Origin: Myxococcales bacterium | Lineage (GTDB): Bacteria > Myxococcota_A > UBA9042 | Length of the DNA: 64,000 nt | Assembly: GCA_037441385.1 (NCBI GenBank) | Contig: JBBISH010000012.1 | Coordinates: 22,480-86,479, forward strand | Direction: 5' to 3' | Shown here: positions 1 through 9,479 of the stretch, piece after piece | How positions within the stretch are numbered: position 1 is the stretch's first letter | How the letters are laid out: each line of letters opens with the position of its first letter | The notes under the pieces: model-generated | Database searches by the model: none | Seen by the model: only the letters and a program-made list of their open reading frames with translations | What the model was told of the DNA's origin: nothing | Made by a program: the position numbers and the translations under genes

Positions 1-427
1 ACAAGACCTGCCCGAAGAACGCCTGCACCGCTGAGATTCGCTCGCGCTGCCAGCGACTTGGCTGGTTGGGCACGGGGGCGGGCGCCGGCTCGCCGGCTGG
101 ACACAAGGCCGCGCTCAGCCGAGTCGTCAGTACGGGCCCCAAGCCCTTGATGCCCAAAGGCGGCGCGCCCCGCACACATGGCGCTTGCCGGCAGTGCTCG
201 ACCAGGGCGGCTGCGAGTCGCGGCCCAACCCCCGGAACGCTGTGAAAATCCTCGACCACCGCGCGACGACCGTCGATGCAACCCTGGCCAGCCAACTGGG
301 CTCCCGGCGAGGCCACCACCTGCCCCGGCGGCGGTTGGCCCACCGAGTGGCCCAGCTGCAGCCAAGCCGCGAGCGACGCCAGGGCCAGCGCCCCCAACCG
401 AACCAAGACTGGGTCGCTGGGCTGCAT
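1..427 (-). CDS. Helix-hairpin-helix (ComEA-like) membrane/secreted protein, runs off the window edge
   Basis: Not in the ORF track. Manual translation from ATG 427 gives MQPSDPVLVRLGALALASLAAWLQLG...FHSVPGVGPRLAAALV...IKGLGPVL: an N-terminal hydrophobic segment and two HhH-like motifs. The start abuts the radC stop. Confidence 0.55.
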   Translation of the reverse strand, partial: MQPSDPVLVRLGALALASLAAWLQLGHSVGQPPPGQVVASPGAQLAGQGCIDGRRAVVEDFHSVPGVGPRLAAALVEHCRQAPCVRGAPPLGIKGLGPVLTTRLSAALCPAGEPAPAPVPNQPSRWQRERISAVQAFFGQVL

Positions 428-901
428 CTATCCCTCTGATCCCACGTAGAAACTCTGCCGGACTTTCTGCTCCCGGCCGGCGCTGCCTGGCCCCTGCTGG
501 CGCGGAAACAGCCCCCGGTCGGCCAGGCTCGACCAGCCGCGACTCGCGACGACCACGTGGTCCAGCAGCGCCACCCCCAGCAACCGCGCCGCGGCGGCGA
601 CCCGGCCCGTAAAGGCGATGTCGGCCGCGCTGGGTTGCCCCAGTCCCGACGGGTGGTTGTGCACCAGGGCCAACGCCGGCGCCCCGGTGGCAATCACAGC
701 CCGCAGCACCTCAGCCGGCCGCACCGCCACGTGGCCGCGACTTCCGCGGACCACCGTCTCGCAAAGCACCGCTCCACTGCGGTCGAGCCCAATCACCACC
801 AGCACTTCGCGAGTCAGCAGCGCCAGGTGTGCGTAACGCGCTGCCAGGTCAGCAGGTTTGCGCAGCGGCGCGCGGCGGGCCGCCTCGGCAAAATGGGCCA
901 T
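428..901 (-). CDS. radC: RadC-like JAB/MPN domain protein (short form)
   Basis: REVLVVIGLD, VRPAEVLR, HNHPSG...PSAAD and LLDHVVV motifs; ATG at 901 follows GGAAGGA. Confidence 0.85.
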   Translation of the reverse strand: MAHFAEAARRAPLRKPADLAARYAHLALLTREVLVVIGLDRSGAVLCETVVRGSRGHVAVRPAEVLRAVIATGAPALALVHNHPSGLGQPSAADIAFTGRVAAAARLLGVALLDHVVVASRGWSSLADRGLFPRQQGPGSAGREQKVRQSFYVGSEG

Positions 902-1187
902 TTCCTTCCCCTTGTGCGGTGCGCTAGCTTCCGGGCGACCTGGGCAACGGCGCTGCGCCAGCCGCGCGCGAGCGAAGATGCAAGGACCGTGCCATCGACC
1001 TACACCACAGAACCAGATGCGCACATTCGGCTTTTTGGTCGGCGGGGACGGCGATACTGGTATCAGGCGGTCTCATCGATACCGGCGCAGCGCGGAACGC
1101 CGGACCTGCGACTTCCTTGACCGCAGCCGCGGTACAGAGACAATACAGGTGGAGTGCTGCACTTTTTGCCGTTCCGCGAGTTCGCCC

Positions 1188-4100
1188 ATGCCTGACCTCC
1201 AGCCTGCCCGGCCGCTCTGCCACCCCCGGACGCTTCTACGTCAAGTGGGCATGGCTCTTGGGCTTCTTTGCCTGACCGCCAGCCAGTTTGCCTGTTCCCC
1301 CAACGACGAAGACCCCTCCACGGGCACCTCCGTCGCCACCGCCGATATCACCGTCACGGTCACCGAGCCGGCCCTGGGCGACAAACCGCCGGTGCTGGGC
1401 AATACCTTCACGCTCAAGGTCACCGCCAAGGCCCCCAAAGGCACCACCATCAACTCGGTCAAGGCGACCTACCCGAACGGAACAGTAATACCATTGGCCA
1501 ACGCGAGCGGTGTTTGGTCGGCCGTGCTCGACACCACCAAGATGTTGGCGGTGGCCAGCCCCGAAAAGGCTTGCGGCAAGAAGGCTTCGATCGACATCAC
1601 CGCCACCGGCAACGCCGGCGCCTCGGGCAACACCATCCTTGAGATCGACGTGGATCACTGTGGCCCGGTGCTCGAGATCGTGAATCCCAAGCAGCCTGGG
1701 CCGGGCGAGGCCAACCCAGTGTTCATCGGCAAGGTGCCCTATGAGTTGAAGGTCAGCGATCCCAAGTTGGCCAAGGCACAGCTGTTTGCCTCGACCGATG
1801 CCGAACCGGCGCCCGTACAGCTGGGCGAAGACATGACCCGCACCGGCAGCTACACGGGCCTCATCGACCGCACCAAGAGCGACTCGGCGACGGTGCACCT
1901 GCAGCTCAAAGCCGTGGATCAGGCTGGCAACGTGAGCGAACTCACGCGCGACGTCTCGGTGCTGCGGCAGCCGTCGTTCTTGGGCAACACGGACGACAAC
2001 GACCTGTACGCCAAATCGATCGATGACGTGGTGGCCCTCGACTTTGACGGCGACACCATCTTGGACGAGGTGATCGGCGGCGATTTCGGCGTCATTGTGC
2101 GCCGCGGCCTTCCGGTAACGGGCAAACCCACCCAGCCGTCGCTGACGTTCGAACCCATCTCGGCGCTCGCCACCAATCCGCTGGCGCAGGCAAACACCTT
2201 CCAAGACAAGGACTTCACGGTATCGCGCCTGCTGGCGACGCATATCCTGAGCAAGAACGCCGCCGGCCAGCCGGCCAACCTCGACTTGATTGCCGCGGGC
2301 ACCTGGGGCGGCAGCCCGGCCCTGATCGCCTTGGTGCTCGTTGCGCAACCTGACAGCAAGACGGGCAAATTCCGCTACGGTTATCGGGCGATCCAAGCCC
2401 ACCCGGTGCCAGAAGCCATCAAAGCCGCCGAGTTGGGCGACCTGGACGCCGACGGACTGCCCGACGTGATCGCGGCCATGGGCACCGGCAACACCGGCCT
2501 GCTCACCGTGCTGGTGCAAAAGGATCCCACCTGCTACCTGGGCAAGACGCCCAAAGCGTGCAGCGAGACCGATCCGCTCAAGATCACGGACTCGAACGTG
2601 TTCCGCGAGGGCGATCACCAGCCGCTGCACAAAGGTGTGGCGGCGATCAGCTCGATCGCGGTCGGCGATTTCTACTCGGACAAAGAGAAGCTCAACGACG
2701 TCTGCGTGGGCGACGCGAACCGCCCCTACGTGACCTGTTACGAGAACACCAGCAAAGACGGCGCGTTGCAGCAGGGCGAAGACGGCTTCTTCTCGGCCGA
2801 CACGGGCGACACCAATTTGATCTTGAAAGTCGAATTCACCTCGCCAAACGGCTCCGATGGCCCCGACCTGATCTACGCGAGCAAGAACGGCACGGTCCGC
2901 TGGATCAAGGGCCAGCCCAACGGCACCTTCAACTTCGATCCGGGGTCCAAGAGCTTCCGCACGATTTTGGGGTTCGTCGCGACCGATCTGCGCGTCGCCA
3001 ACGTGGGCCCCACCGGGACGCCGTGGCTGGTGATGGTGTCGGGCGGCCGGCAAGTAACCACTGTGCCGGTGTCGCTGACCGAAGACAACATGGTGCTCGA
3101 GTGCTTCCGCAGTTGGGTCATGGGCGGCTCGGTCAAGAAGACGCTGGTCGACGACTTTGACAGCGACGGCACGCTGGACATCCTGGCCTTGGCCGCAGGC
3201 CCCAACGGCACACCCGTGTACCGCGGCCTGGGCGGCGGCGATTTCCGCGCGCCCCACGTCCACCACATGTGCTACGTCAAGCGCGGCACCAAGCGGTTTG
3301 GCGTGTCGAACATCGTCCAAGCCACCGCCGTGGACCTGCAGGCCGACGGCAAGCCCGACATCTTGGCGCTCGGCGACCTGGGCGATTCGCTGATGCCCCT
3401 GCCCGGCGACGGCAATTGCGGCCTGGAGATGGCCAGCCCCAAGTTCTTCCCGGTCTGGCCGTGGCACGCGTGGATGAACGCCACCGGCCTGCCCGGCTTC
3501 ATGCCGCGCGCCACCGAGTTCAATCCCAATTACAGCAAGTTCAAAGCCGAGGCGGGCGTCAAGACCGACTGCAACATCGAAAATGGCAACGCCCCGCAAC
3601 AGTTCGGCTCGCCCAAGCGGTTCGCCGTGGGCGACTTGAACAACGACAAGCTGCCCGACGTGGTGATGCTGCGCAAAGAGTCGTCGTACTACGTGGGCGA
3701 CAAGGATCCGTCGTCGGACAAGTGCGCAAAGTGCAAGGCTTTCAAGACGTCGAACGAGTTCCAGAACGATTATGGCGACGAGGGCAAGGAAGGCGACAGC
3801 TGCTGCCACTACTACGCCGTGTCGGATACGGACAAGCAGACGCCGCTGGTGGGTTTTGGCGGTGGCGCCCCCCTGCCGCGGGCCTCGCTCTTCATCCAGC
3901 TGTCGGGCAAAAAGGACGCGCCGCTGGGTCTGGATGTGACGGCCAAGATTCCAAGCCCGATTCCCGTCAAGGCCAATTTTGCCCAAGCGGCCGGTATCGA
4001 GCCGGTCGACGTGGTCATTGCCGACTTGAGCGGCGACAAGAAGAACGATTTGGCCGTGGCGCTGCCCGATTTCGGGACCAAGGGCCAGGCCGTGTCGATG

Positions 4101-4811
4101 TCGGCGCGAGTGCGCGTTTTCTTGGGCAATGGCGCCGGTGGCATCAAGCACGCGGACCAGAGCGGCGACTACCGCGACCTGCTCGATGATGGGGGCATCT
4201 GGATCGGCAAGGAACCTGTAGAGTACCGGCGACTGTACGGCACGCCGGCTTCGCTGTTCGCGGCGACGTACGGCAACAAGGGCCTGCTCGGCCTGTTCGC
4301 GGTCGAGAAGGTGGCCGACGCGGTGGACGCCCTCATGTCGACGGGCACTGGCGGGACTTTCGAGTCCGCCAAGCAAGTCCCGGTGGGTACCGGCGTCGCC
4401 GCCTGCAGCGGCCGCGACGTCAACGGCGACACGATCACCGACCTGCTGTGTGCCACCAGCGACGCCGTCGGCTACCTGAAGGGCCTGGCCACGGGCAAGG
4501 GCGACTCATTCGAAGCCAAGACCAACTTGGTCGAAAACGGCGTGCCGCTGGCGGCCGTCGAGATCGGCGACGTCAACAAAGACGGCAAGATGGACTTGAT
4601 CGCACTGGACGCGACCTCCTCGATGGTCCAGTTCTACCTGGGCGACGGCAACAACGGCTTTGCGGCCTATACCGGCCAGTTGCTGCCCTTGGCCGAGGTC
4701 ATGGCCATCCAGTCGGCCGACTTTGACGTGGACGGCTGCGTGGACCTGATGGTCACCAGCAAGATGGGCGTCACGGTGCTGCGCAACTTGGCTTGCGACA
4801 AGACCAATTAA
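1188..4811 (+). CDS. Large lipoprotein with N-terminal Ig-like domains and many FG-GAP/VCBS repeats
   Basis: Lipobox-like LTASQFAC; repeated D(F/L/V)(D/N)xDGxxD motifs (DFDGDTILD, DLDADGLPD, DLNNDKLPD, DVNKDGKMD); start uncertain (1188 or 1251). Confidence 0.8.
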   Translation: MPDLQPARPLCHPRTLLRQVGMALGLLCLTASQFACSPNDEDPSTGTSVATADITVTVTEPALGDKPPVLGNTFTLKVTAKAPKGTTINSVKATYPNGTVIPLANASGVWSAVLDTTKMLAVASPEKACGKKASIDITATGNAGASGNTILEIDVDHCGPVLEIVNPKQPGPGEANPVFIGKVPYELKVSDPKLAKAQLFASTDAEPAPVQLGEDMTRTGSYTGLIDRTKSDSATVHLQLKAVDQAGNVSELTRDVSVLRQPSFLGNTDDNDLYAKSIDDVVALDFDGDTILDEVIGGDFGVIVRRGLPVTGKPTQPSLTFEPISALATNPLAQANTFQDKDFTVSRLLATHILSKNAAGQPANLDLIAAGTWGGSPALIALVLVAQPDSKTGKFRYGYRAIQAHPVPEAIKAAELGDLDADGLPDVIAAMGTGNTGLLTVLVQKDPTCYLGKTPKACSETDPLKITDSNVFREGDHQPLHKGVAAISSIAVGDFYSDKEKLNDVCVGDANRPYVTCYENTSKDGALQQGEDGFFSADTGDTNLILKVEFTSPNGSDGPDLIYASKNGTVRWIKGQPNGTFNFDPGSKSFRTILGFVATDLRVANVGPTGTPWLVMVSGGRQVTTVPVSLTEDNMVLECFRSWVMGGSVKKTLVDDFDSDGTLDILALAAGPNGTPVYRGLGGGDFRAPHVHHMCYVKRGTKRFGVSNIVQATAVDLQADGKPDILALGDLGDSLMPLPGDGNCGLEMASPKFFPVWPWHAWMNATGLPGFMPRATEFNPNYSKFKAEAGVKTDCNIENGNAPQQFGSPKRFAVGDLNNDKLPDVVMLRKESSYYVGDKDPSSDKCAKCKAFKTSNEFQNDYGDEGKEGDSCCHYYAVSDTDKQTPLVGFGGGAPLPRASLFIQLSGKKDAPLGLDVTAKIPSPIPVKANFAQAAGIEPVDVVIADLSGDKKNDLAVALPDFGTKGQAVSMSARVRVFLGNGAGGIKHADQSGDYRDLLDDGGIWIGKEPVEYRRLYGTPASLFAATYGNKGLLGLFAVEKVADAVDALMSTGTGGTFESAKQVPVGTGVAACSGRDVNGDTITDLLCATSDAVGYLKGLATGKGDSFEAKTNLVENGVPLAAVEIGDVNKDGKMDLIALDATSSMVQFYLGDGNNGFAAYTGQLLPLAEVMAIQSADFDVDGCVDLMVTSKMGVTVLRNLACDKTN

Positions 4812-4826
4812 GCCAAGTGAGCGCAC

Positions 4827-5834
4827 CTACTTGGGCGGTCGCCGCGCGTAGAACCCGTCGATCACCGCCGCGTCCAGTGTGACGTGCAGCGCGCGCTCGC
4901 CGCGGATGTAGACCGATCCCGCGGGCGCGCCCTTGACCTTCTTGACCCCCTTGCCCGGACATACGCTGACCTCGGCGCGATCGCCCTTGGCCAAACCCGA
5001 TAGGTGCGCAGCCAGCATGGCACAGGCGCGCAGCTCGGCGTCGCTGGGAGCGCCCTGCCCCTCCAGCCGCAGCACCACGTGGGCGCCGGTCTGGTCGCGC
5101 ACGTGGAACCACAGGTCGCGGCCGCGCAGCAGGCGGGTGACCAGCGCGTCGTTGCCCAGCGCACTGCGCCCGACCAGCACCGGCCGCCCCTCTGGACTAC
5201 GGAACAGCTCGACTCCCTTGGGCAATTCAGCTCCGGCCTTGCGGGCAATCTGGCGTTGCACCGCGTCGGGCTTGTGCTCGCCGCCCACTTTCAGGCGCAG
5301 AGCCCGCACCTGTTGCAGCCACGCGTCGGCATCGCGAAACAAGGCGCACGGCCGATCGTCAAGCTGTTCGCGCTCTTGCGTGGTCGCCGCCTGCCACCTC
5401 TGCGCGCGGGCCAGCAGCAGCGCCCAGGCGGCTTGCACGTCGGCCACCTGCTGCAGGCGCACTTCCGTGGCCCCGCGCCGCTCGGCGATGATGCGAGCAC
5501 CAGCAGCAAGCCCGCGTGCCCGTTGGAAAATCTTGGCGACGTTCTCTGCCGCGCTCAGGTCGGGCCGCAGCGACACGGTCAGCGCCTGGTCCGGCGCCCA
5601 TGGGACCACCCCGCTCCATGTCGCGGCACCGCGCGGCACCTGCCCAAGCTGACCTTTCAGAACTTCGCCGGCTAGACGCAACTCGCCAGCCTGGTCGGCG
5701 CGGAGCTGGTCCTGTGCCAGATTCTGCAAAAGGCGCTTGAGCTTGGCGACCTCGGTCTTGAGCGACTGCCGGGCCACGGCGGTCCGCTCGGCCAGGGACT
5801 GCGGCAGGGGCGGTGGGGCAGGTACAGGTTCCAT
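4827..5834 (-). CDS. NFACT RNA-binding domain protein (RqcH/FbpA-like, lacking the N-terminal domains)
   Basis: Coiled coil, LRPDLSAAENVAKIF segment and NFACT-R motifs VLVGRSALGNDAL and DLWFHVRDQTGAHVVL; GGAGG upstream of ATG 5834. Confidence 0.8.
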   Translation of the reverse strand: MEPVPAPPPLPQSLAERTAVARQSLKTEVAKLKRLLQNLAQDQLRADQAGELRLAGEVLKGQLGQVPRGAATWSGVVPWAPDQALTVSLRPDLSAAENVAKIFQRARGLAAGARIIAERRGATEVRLQQVADVQAAWALLLARAQRWQAATTQEREQLDDRPCALFRDADAWLQQVRALRLKVGGEHKPDAVQRQIARKAGAELPKGVELFRSPEGRPVLVGRSALGNDALVTRLLRGRDLWFHVRDQTGAHVVLRLEGQGAPSDAELRACAMLAAHLSGLAKGDRAEVSVCPGKGVKKVKGAPAGSVYIRGERALHVTLDAAVIDGFYARRPPK

Positions 5835-5972
5835 CGAGTTCAAATGCCTCCCGCACCCGGTATGCATAAAAATCGAGCATTTGAACTACGCGGCCGTGGC
5901 TGCGGCCGTGCGCGGGGGTCGCAGGGGGCGGGGGTCCTAGAGTGCGCGGCGCGCCCCCTTGGCCCTTTCTAC

Positions 5973-6626
5973 TTAGCCTTTCTGCGGGCGCAGCAGCGCC
6001 ACCGCGTGGGCGCGCGGTCCAGGCACGGCCAGCACCTGCACCACCCGCCCAAGCGGACCCAGCGACTCGGCCAGGGCCTCGGGCGGCCCCTTGCCGTGCA
6101 CGGCCGCCACCCCGCGAGGCGTCAACAGGGGCCAGGCGCGCGGCAACCACTCGGGGGCGGGCCACACGGCACGCGCGGTGGCCAGCTCGAAGTCCGCCGC
6201 CAGATGAGCGCTGTGCAGCGAAGCCGCCACCGTTTGCAGGTTGGCGAGCCCCAGCGCCTGAGCGGCCTCGGCGATGAATTGCGCTCGCAGCTTGCGGGGC
6301 TCCACAGCGACCACGCGCACGCTGGGCCAGCAGGTCGCCAGGGTCAGCGCGACGATGCCCGCCCCAGCGCCCACGTCGACGACCCCGGCCGGTGCCCGCC
6401 CCAGCTGCTTGTGGGCTGCGCTGGCCAGGACCAGGGCTTCCAGCACATGCTCCGACACACCAGCGGGCGACGGGTCCCCCACCAAGTTGACGCGAGTTTG
6501 CCCGTCGGCCACCTGCGCGAGCAGCGCCTGCAGCGGCTGCGACCACACGGAATCCCACAAGAATCCGCTAGCTTGACAAGCCTCTGCCGCCAAAGCGATC
6601 GCTTGCGACCGGGCGGACGCGCTCAC
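5973..6626 (-). CDS. rsmG: 16S rRNA m7G527 methyltransferase
   Basis: NLVG, HVLEAL, VDVGAGAGIV SAM motif, VEPRKLR, TARAV. Confidence 0.8.
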   Translation of the reverse strand: MSASARSQAIALAAEACQASGFLWDSVWSQPLQALLAQVADGQTRVNLVGDPSPAGVSEHVLEALVLASAAHKQLGRAPAGVVDVGAGAGIVALTLATCWPSVRVVAVEPRKLRAQFIAEAAQALGLANLQTVAASLHSAHLAADFELATARAVWPAPEWLPRAWPLLTPRGVAAVHGKGPPEALAESLGPLGRVVQVLAVPGPRAHAVALLRPQKG

Positions 6627-8677
6627 GGGGTGGCCTTGGGCGCCCCTTGGGGCGGCTGGCCGGCGTCGCGCATCATCTTGGCCTCACTCTCCGCGCTCTC
6701 GATGGCCTGATTCAGGAGCGCCTTGACCTCGTCGCCCTTGTCGCCATAGCTCTTGACCAGCCGATCACGCAGTTGTTCTGCCTTGGGCTTCTGCCCCGTG
6801 GCCACATACACCGCCGCCAGCGTCGCCGCCAGGTTGGGATCGGGCTTGTCGCCCGCCACTTCGGACTCCAGGATCTTCTGCGCCCGCGGCAGATCGCCGG
6901 CCTGCAGCCAGACCTCTACGATTTCCAGCGGTTTGAGCAGCTTGTCGGCCACTGCTTTTTGCGCCTCTTGGTCGGCCCGTTCGGCGGAACCCGTCATCGC
7001 CAGCGTCACCACGTGCAGCATGGCCGCGTCGCGGTCGGTCGGCACCTTCTTGCGCACAGCCTCGATGATCGGCAACGCCATGGTCGGTTGGCGGTTTTGC
7101 AGATAGAGCTGCGCCTGCAAGAGGGCCATGCGGTCGCCATCGGGGTCGTTCTTCAGCGGCTCCAGCGCGGCGATTGCCTCGGGCACGCGGCCATTTTGAC
7201 GGAGTAAGTCCGCTCGCAGCAAGGCAATGTTGTGGCTGTCGGGGAGCGCGGCAAAGGCCTTCTCGGCAATTTCCAGCGCCTTGCCGGTCTGCTTGGCCGC
7301 CATCAGGGCGCCCGTCCAGGCCAGTACCGCGCGCTCGTCCTCGTACGGCGGCGCCAGCGTATCGAACAGCTTGGCCGCCTCGTCATGCTTGCGCTGGCCC
7401 TGCAGAATCTGCGCCAGCAAGATCCCCGCCTCCAGATCCTTGTGCTCGCGCACCGCCTGGCCAAGCAGCATCTCGGCCTGCTGGTCCTCGTGCTTGGCCA
7501 ACAACCACTGGCCTTTGGCGGCGCGGGCGCCCGGGGGCGGCGGATCCGCCTTGAGCGCTTGGTCCAGCAGGCTGCCCACCTCGGCCAGGGCCTTGTCCTT
7601 CTGGTCTGCCGGCAGGGTCGGGACACGCGCCAACTGCAGCATGGCCTTGGCCGTCAGCGCCTCGGGCAGACCGGGGGCGATTTGCAGTGCGTCTTCGCAT
7701 CGTTGCAGCGCCTTGACCGGCTGCTGTTGCGACTGCGCCACCTGAGCCAAGAACAGCTTGGCCAGCGGGTCCGGGGCCTTCTGCAGCGCCGCCTCGCACG
7801 ACGCTACGCCCTGGTCTTCCATGCGCTGGTCCAGTTGGCCCACGCCGCGGGCAAATTGAATGACCGGCAAACCCGGCACCAGCGCTTCGGCCGCCAGCAG
7901 GTCTTCAGCCGCCTGTTTGAAGCCGCTGCGCGCACGTTCGGCATTGGCGCGCACCACCAGCCACAGCGCCACCGCCTGGGCCTCGGACACCGGCTGCGCC
8001 TTGGCGACGGGAGTGTCGGTCAGCGGATCGAACACCGTCCCGTCGTGGAGGCGCACCGCCAGGCGATAGCGGGTCAGGGTCAAGGGCGTCTGCACGCCGG
8101 CCGCATCGGTCACAAATTCCGTTGCCTCGCCGCGAGCTTGCAAGAGAGCGCGCGCCATGAACGCGGCCTCGATGGGATGGATCGGCAGGGCACTGCCGGC
8201 CTGTACGGCGGCGAACAGCGCGGGGGTGTCCAGCGCCAGCCCTTTGCGGCGCACGTCGTAGCGGAGCGCCTCTAGTTTGCCAGGCGCACGCAGTGCCTTG
8301 ATCTTGCTGATCAGATCGCTGGTCGACGCAGCGGATTTGGCAAACGTCTGCATGGCGGCGTCGGCCTGACCTGGCAAACTGGCCCGCTCGAGCGGCAGGC
8401 CGGCCGCCCGCACTTTGGCCGCCAAGTCCTGCGTTTGCCCGCCCGGTGCCGCCGCTTCGCCGGCCAGCTTACCCGCCTCGGGCTTGAAATGGCACACCCC
8501 CGTGGCCACGCCGGCCACCACGGCCACGCCCACACCGATCATCAGCCACTTGCGCGATCCGCCCGCTTTCTGTTCGCTCGGCGGCGCGGCCAAGCCCTGC
8601 ATGCAGGTGGGGCAGCGGCTGTCGCCTTCGCTGGCGACGTCGACCAACTTGTCACAATTGGGACAGAACTTCTTCAT
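6623..8677 (-). CDS. Zn-ribbon + transmembrane + TPR-repeat protein
   Basis: MKKFCPNC...CPTC, a hydrophobic helix, then tandem TPR-like helices; stop overlaps the rsmG start. Confidence 0.75.
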   Translation of the reverse strand: MKKFCPNCDKLVDVASEGDSRCPTCMQGLAAPPSEQKAGGSRKWLMIGVGVAVVAGVATGVCHFKPEAGKLAGEAAAPGGQTQDLAAKVRAAGLPLERASLPGQADAAMQTFAKSAASTSDLISKIKALRAPGKLEALRYDVRRKGLALDTPALFAAVQAGSALPIHPIEAAFMARALLQARGEATEFVTDAAGVQTPLTLTRYRLAVRLHDGTVFDPLTDTPVAKAQPVSEAQAVALWLVVRANAERARSGFKQAAEDLLAAEALVPGLPVIQFARGVGQLDQRMEDQGVASCEAALQKAPDPLAKLFLAQVAQSQQQPVKALQRCEDALQIAPGLPEALTAKAMLQLARVPTLPADQKDKALAEVGSLLDQALKADPPPPGARAAKGQWLLAKHEDQQAEMLLGQAVREHKDLEAGILLAQILQGQRKHDEAAKLFDTLAPPYEDERAVLAWTGALMAAKQTGKALEIAEKAFAALPDSHNIALLRADLLRQNGRVPEAIAALEPLKNDPDGDRMALLQAQLYLQNRQPTMALPIIEAVRKKVPTDRDAAMLHVVTLAMTGSAERADQEAQKAVADKLLKPLEIVEVWLQAGDLPRAQKILESEVAGDKPDPNLAATLAAVYVATGQKPKAEQLRDRLVKSYGDKGDEVKALLNQAIESAESEAKMMRDAGQPPQGAPKATP

Positions 8678-8681
8678 CTGA

Positions 8682-9449
8682 CTACGACTCCGTGGCGTCG
8701 GTCGGTTTGTGCCCCCGCGCCAGTCCATGTTTGTCGACAAACCGCCGCAACCCGCCGGGGTCATCGGTGATGATCGCCGCAATCGCCTGCGGTCCGGCCA
8801 TTTCCACGGCACGCTGCCAAGCCGCCGGGCCGTTGAGCGTCCAGGGCCACACGGGCCACCCCTTGGCTTGCCATTCGTGCAGCCGATCGGCGCTGAGCAG
8901 CGCGGCGCCCGGGTGCACCTGCGCAATTTCGCCCAGATCGCCCATGGCCCGCAAGTCGCTGTCGCCCTCTGCCAAAGCGCCGCGTCGCCAGTGCGGGGCC
9001 ACCTGCCCAAGCAAGTCCAGCGCACCGCGGTCAAACGACGAAAACACCCAGTTGGCCGGCGGACATTCCCCAATCCGGCGGAACACCGTCTCGATCAGCG
9101 GCCGCGCCAGCACCTGGGCCGCCACCTTCAGCTCCACGTTCAAATGCAGCGAGCGCAAACTGGCCCACTCCAACAGCTCGTCCAGGTGGGTGGGCGGTTG
9201 GGGCCTCCAGTCGCCCACGCGTTGCTCCAGACTCCGCAGTTCGCGCCAACTCACCTGGGCCAGGCGCCGCCGATCGCCGGTCAGCCGCCGCAGATCGTCG
9301 TCGTGAAACAAGACAGGCTCGCCATCCGCCGTGAGCTGCACGTCGCATTCCACGCCGTCTGCGCCTTCGCTCAGCGCAATCTGCAGTGAATACAAGCTGT
9401 TTTCAACTGCGAGCTGCCGGGCGCCGCGGTGGCCAATCACCCACACCAT
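8682..9449 (-). CDS. Glycerophosphodiester phosphodiesterase
   Basis: IGHRGA, EN, GADGVECDVQLTADG, HD, NVELK, SSFD, WTLN, IITDDP. Confidence 0.9.
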   Translation of the reverse strand: MVWVIGHRGARQLAVENSLYSLQIALSEGADGVECDVQLTADGEPVLFHDDDLRRLTGDRRRLAQVSWRELRSLEQRVGDWRPQPPTHLDELLEWASLRSLHLNVELKVAAQVLARPLIETVFRRIGECPPANWVFSSFDRGALDLLGQVAPHWRRGALAEGDSDLRAMGDLGEIAQVHPGAALLSADRLHEWQAKGWPVWPWTLNGPAAWQRAVEMAGPQAIAAIITDDPGGLRRFVDKHGLARGHKPTDATES

Positions 9450-9479
9450 CGTCTTCCTGTTGGCTGGACGGCCCGACCG

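Noticed and set aside
1236..4376. 1046-aa minus-strand ORF and similar long shadow ORFs (e.g. 14661-16214, 39890-41533, 44380-46128)
   Set aside because: They are antisense or off-frame to well-supported genes, as expected from high-GC codon bias, and show no motifs.
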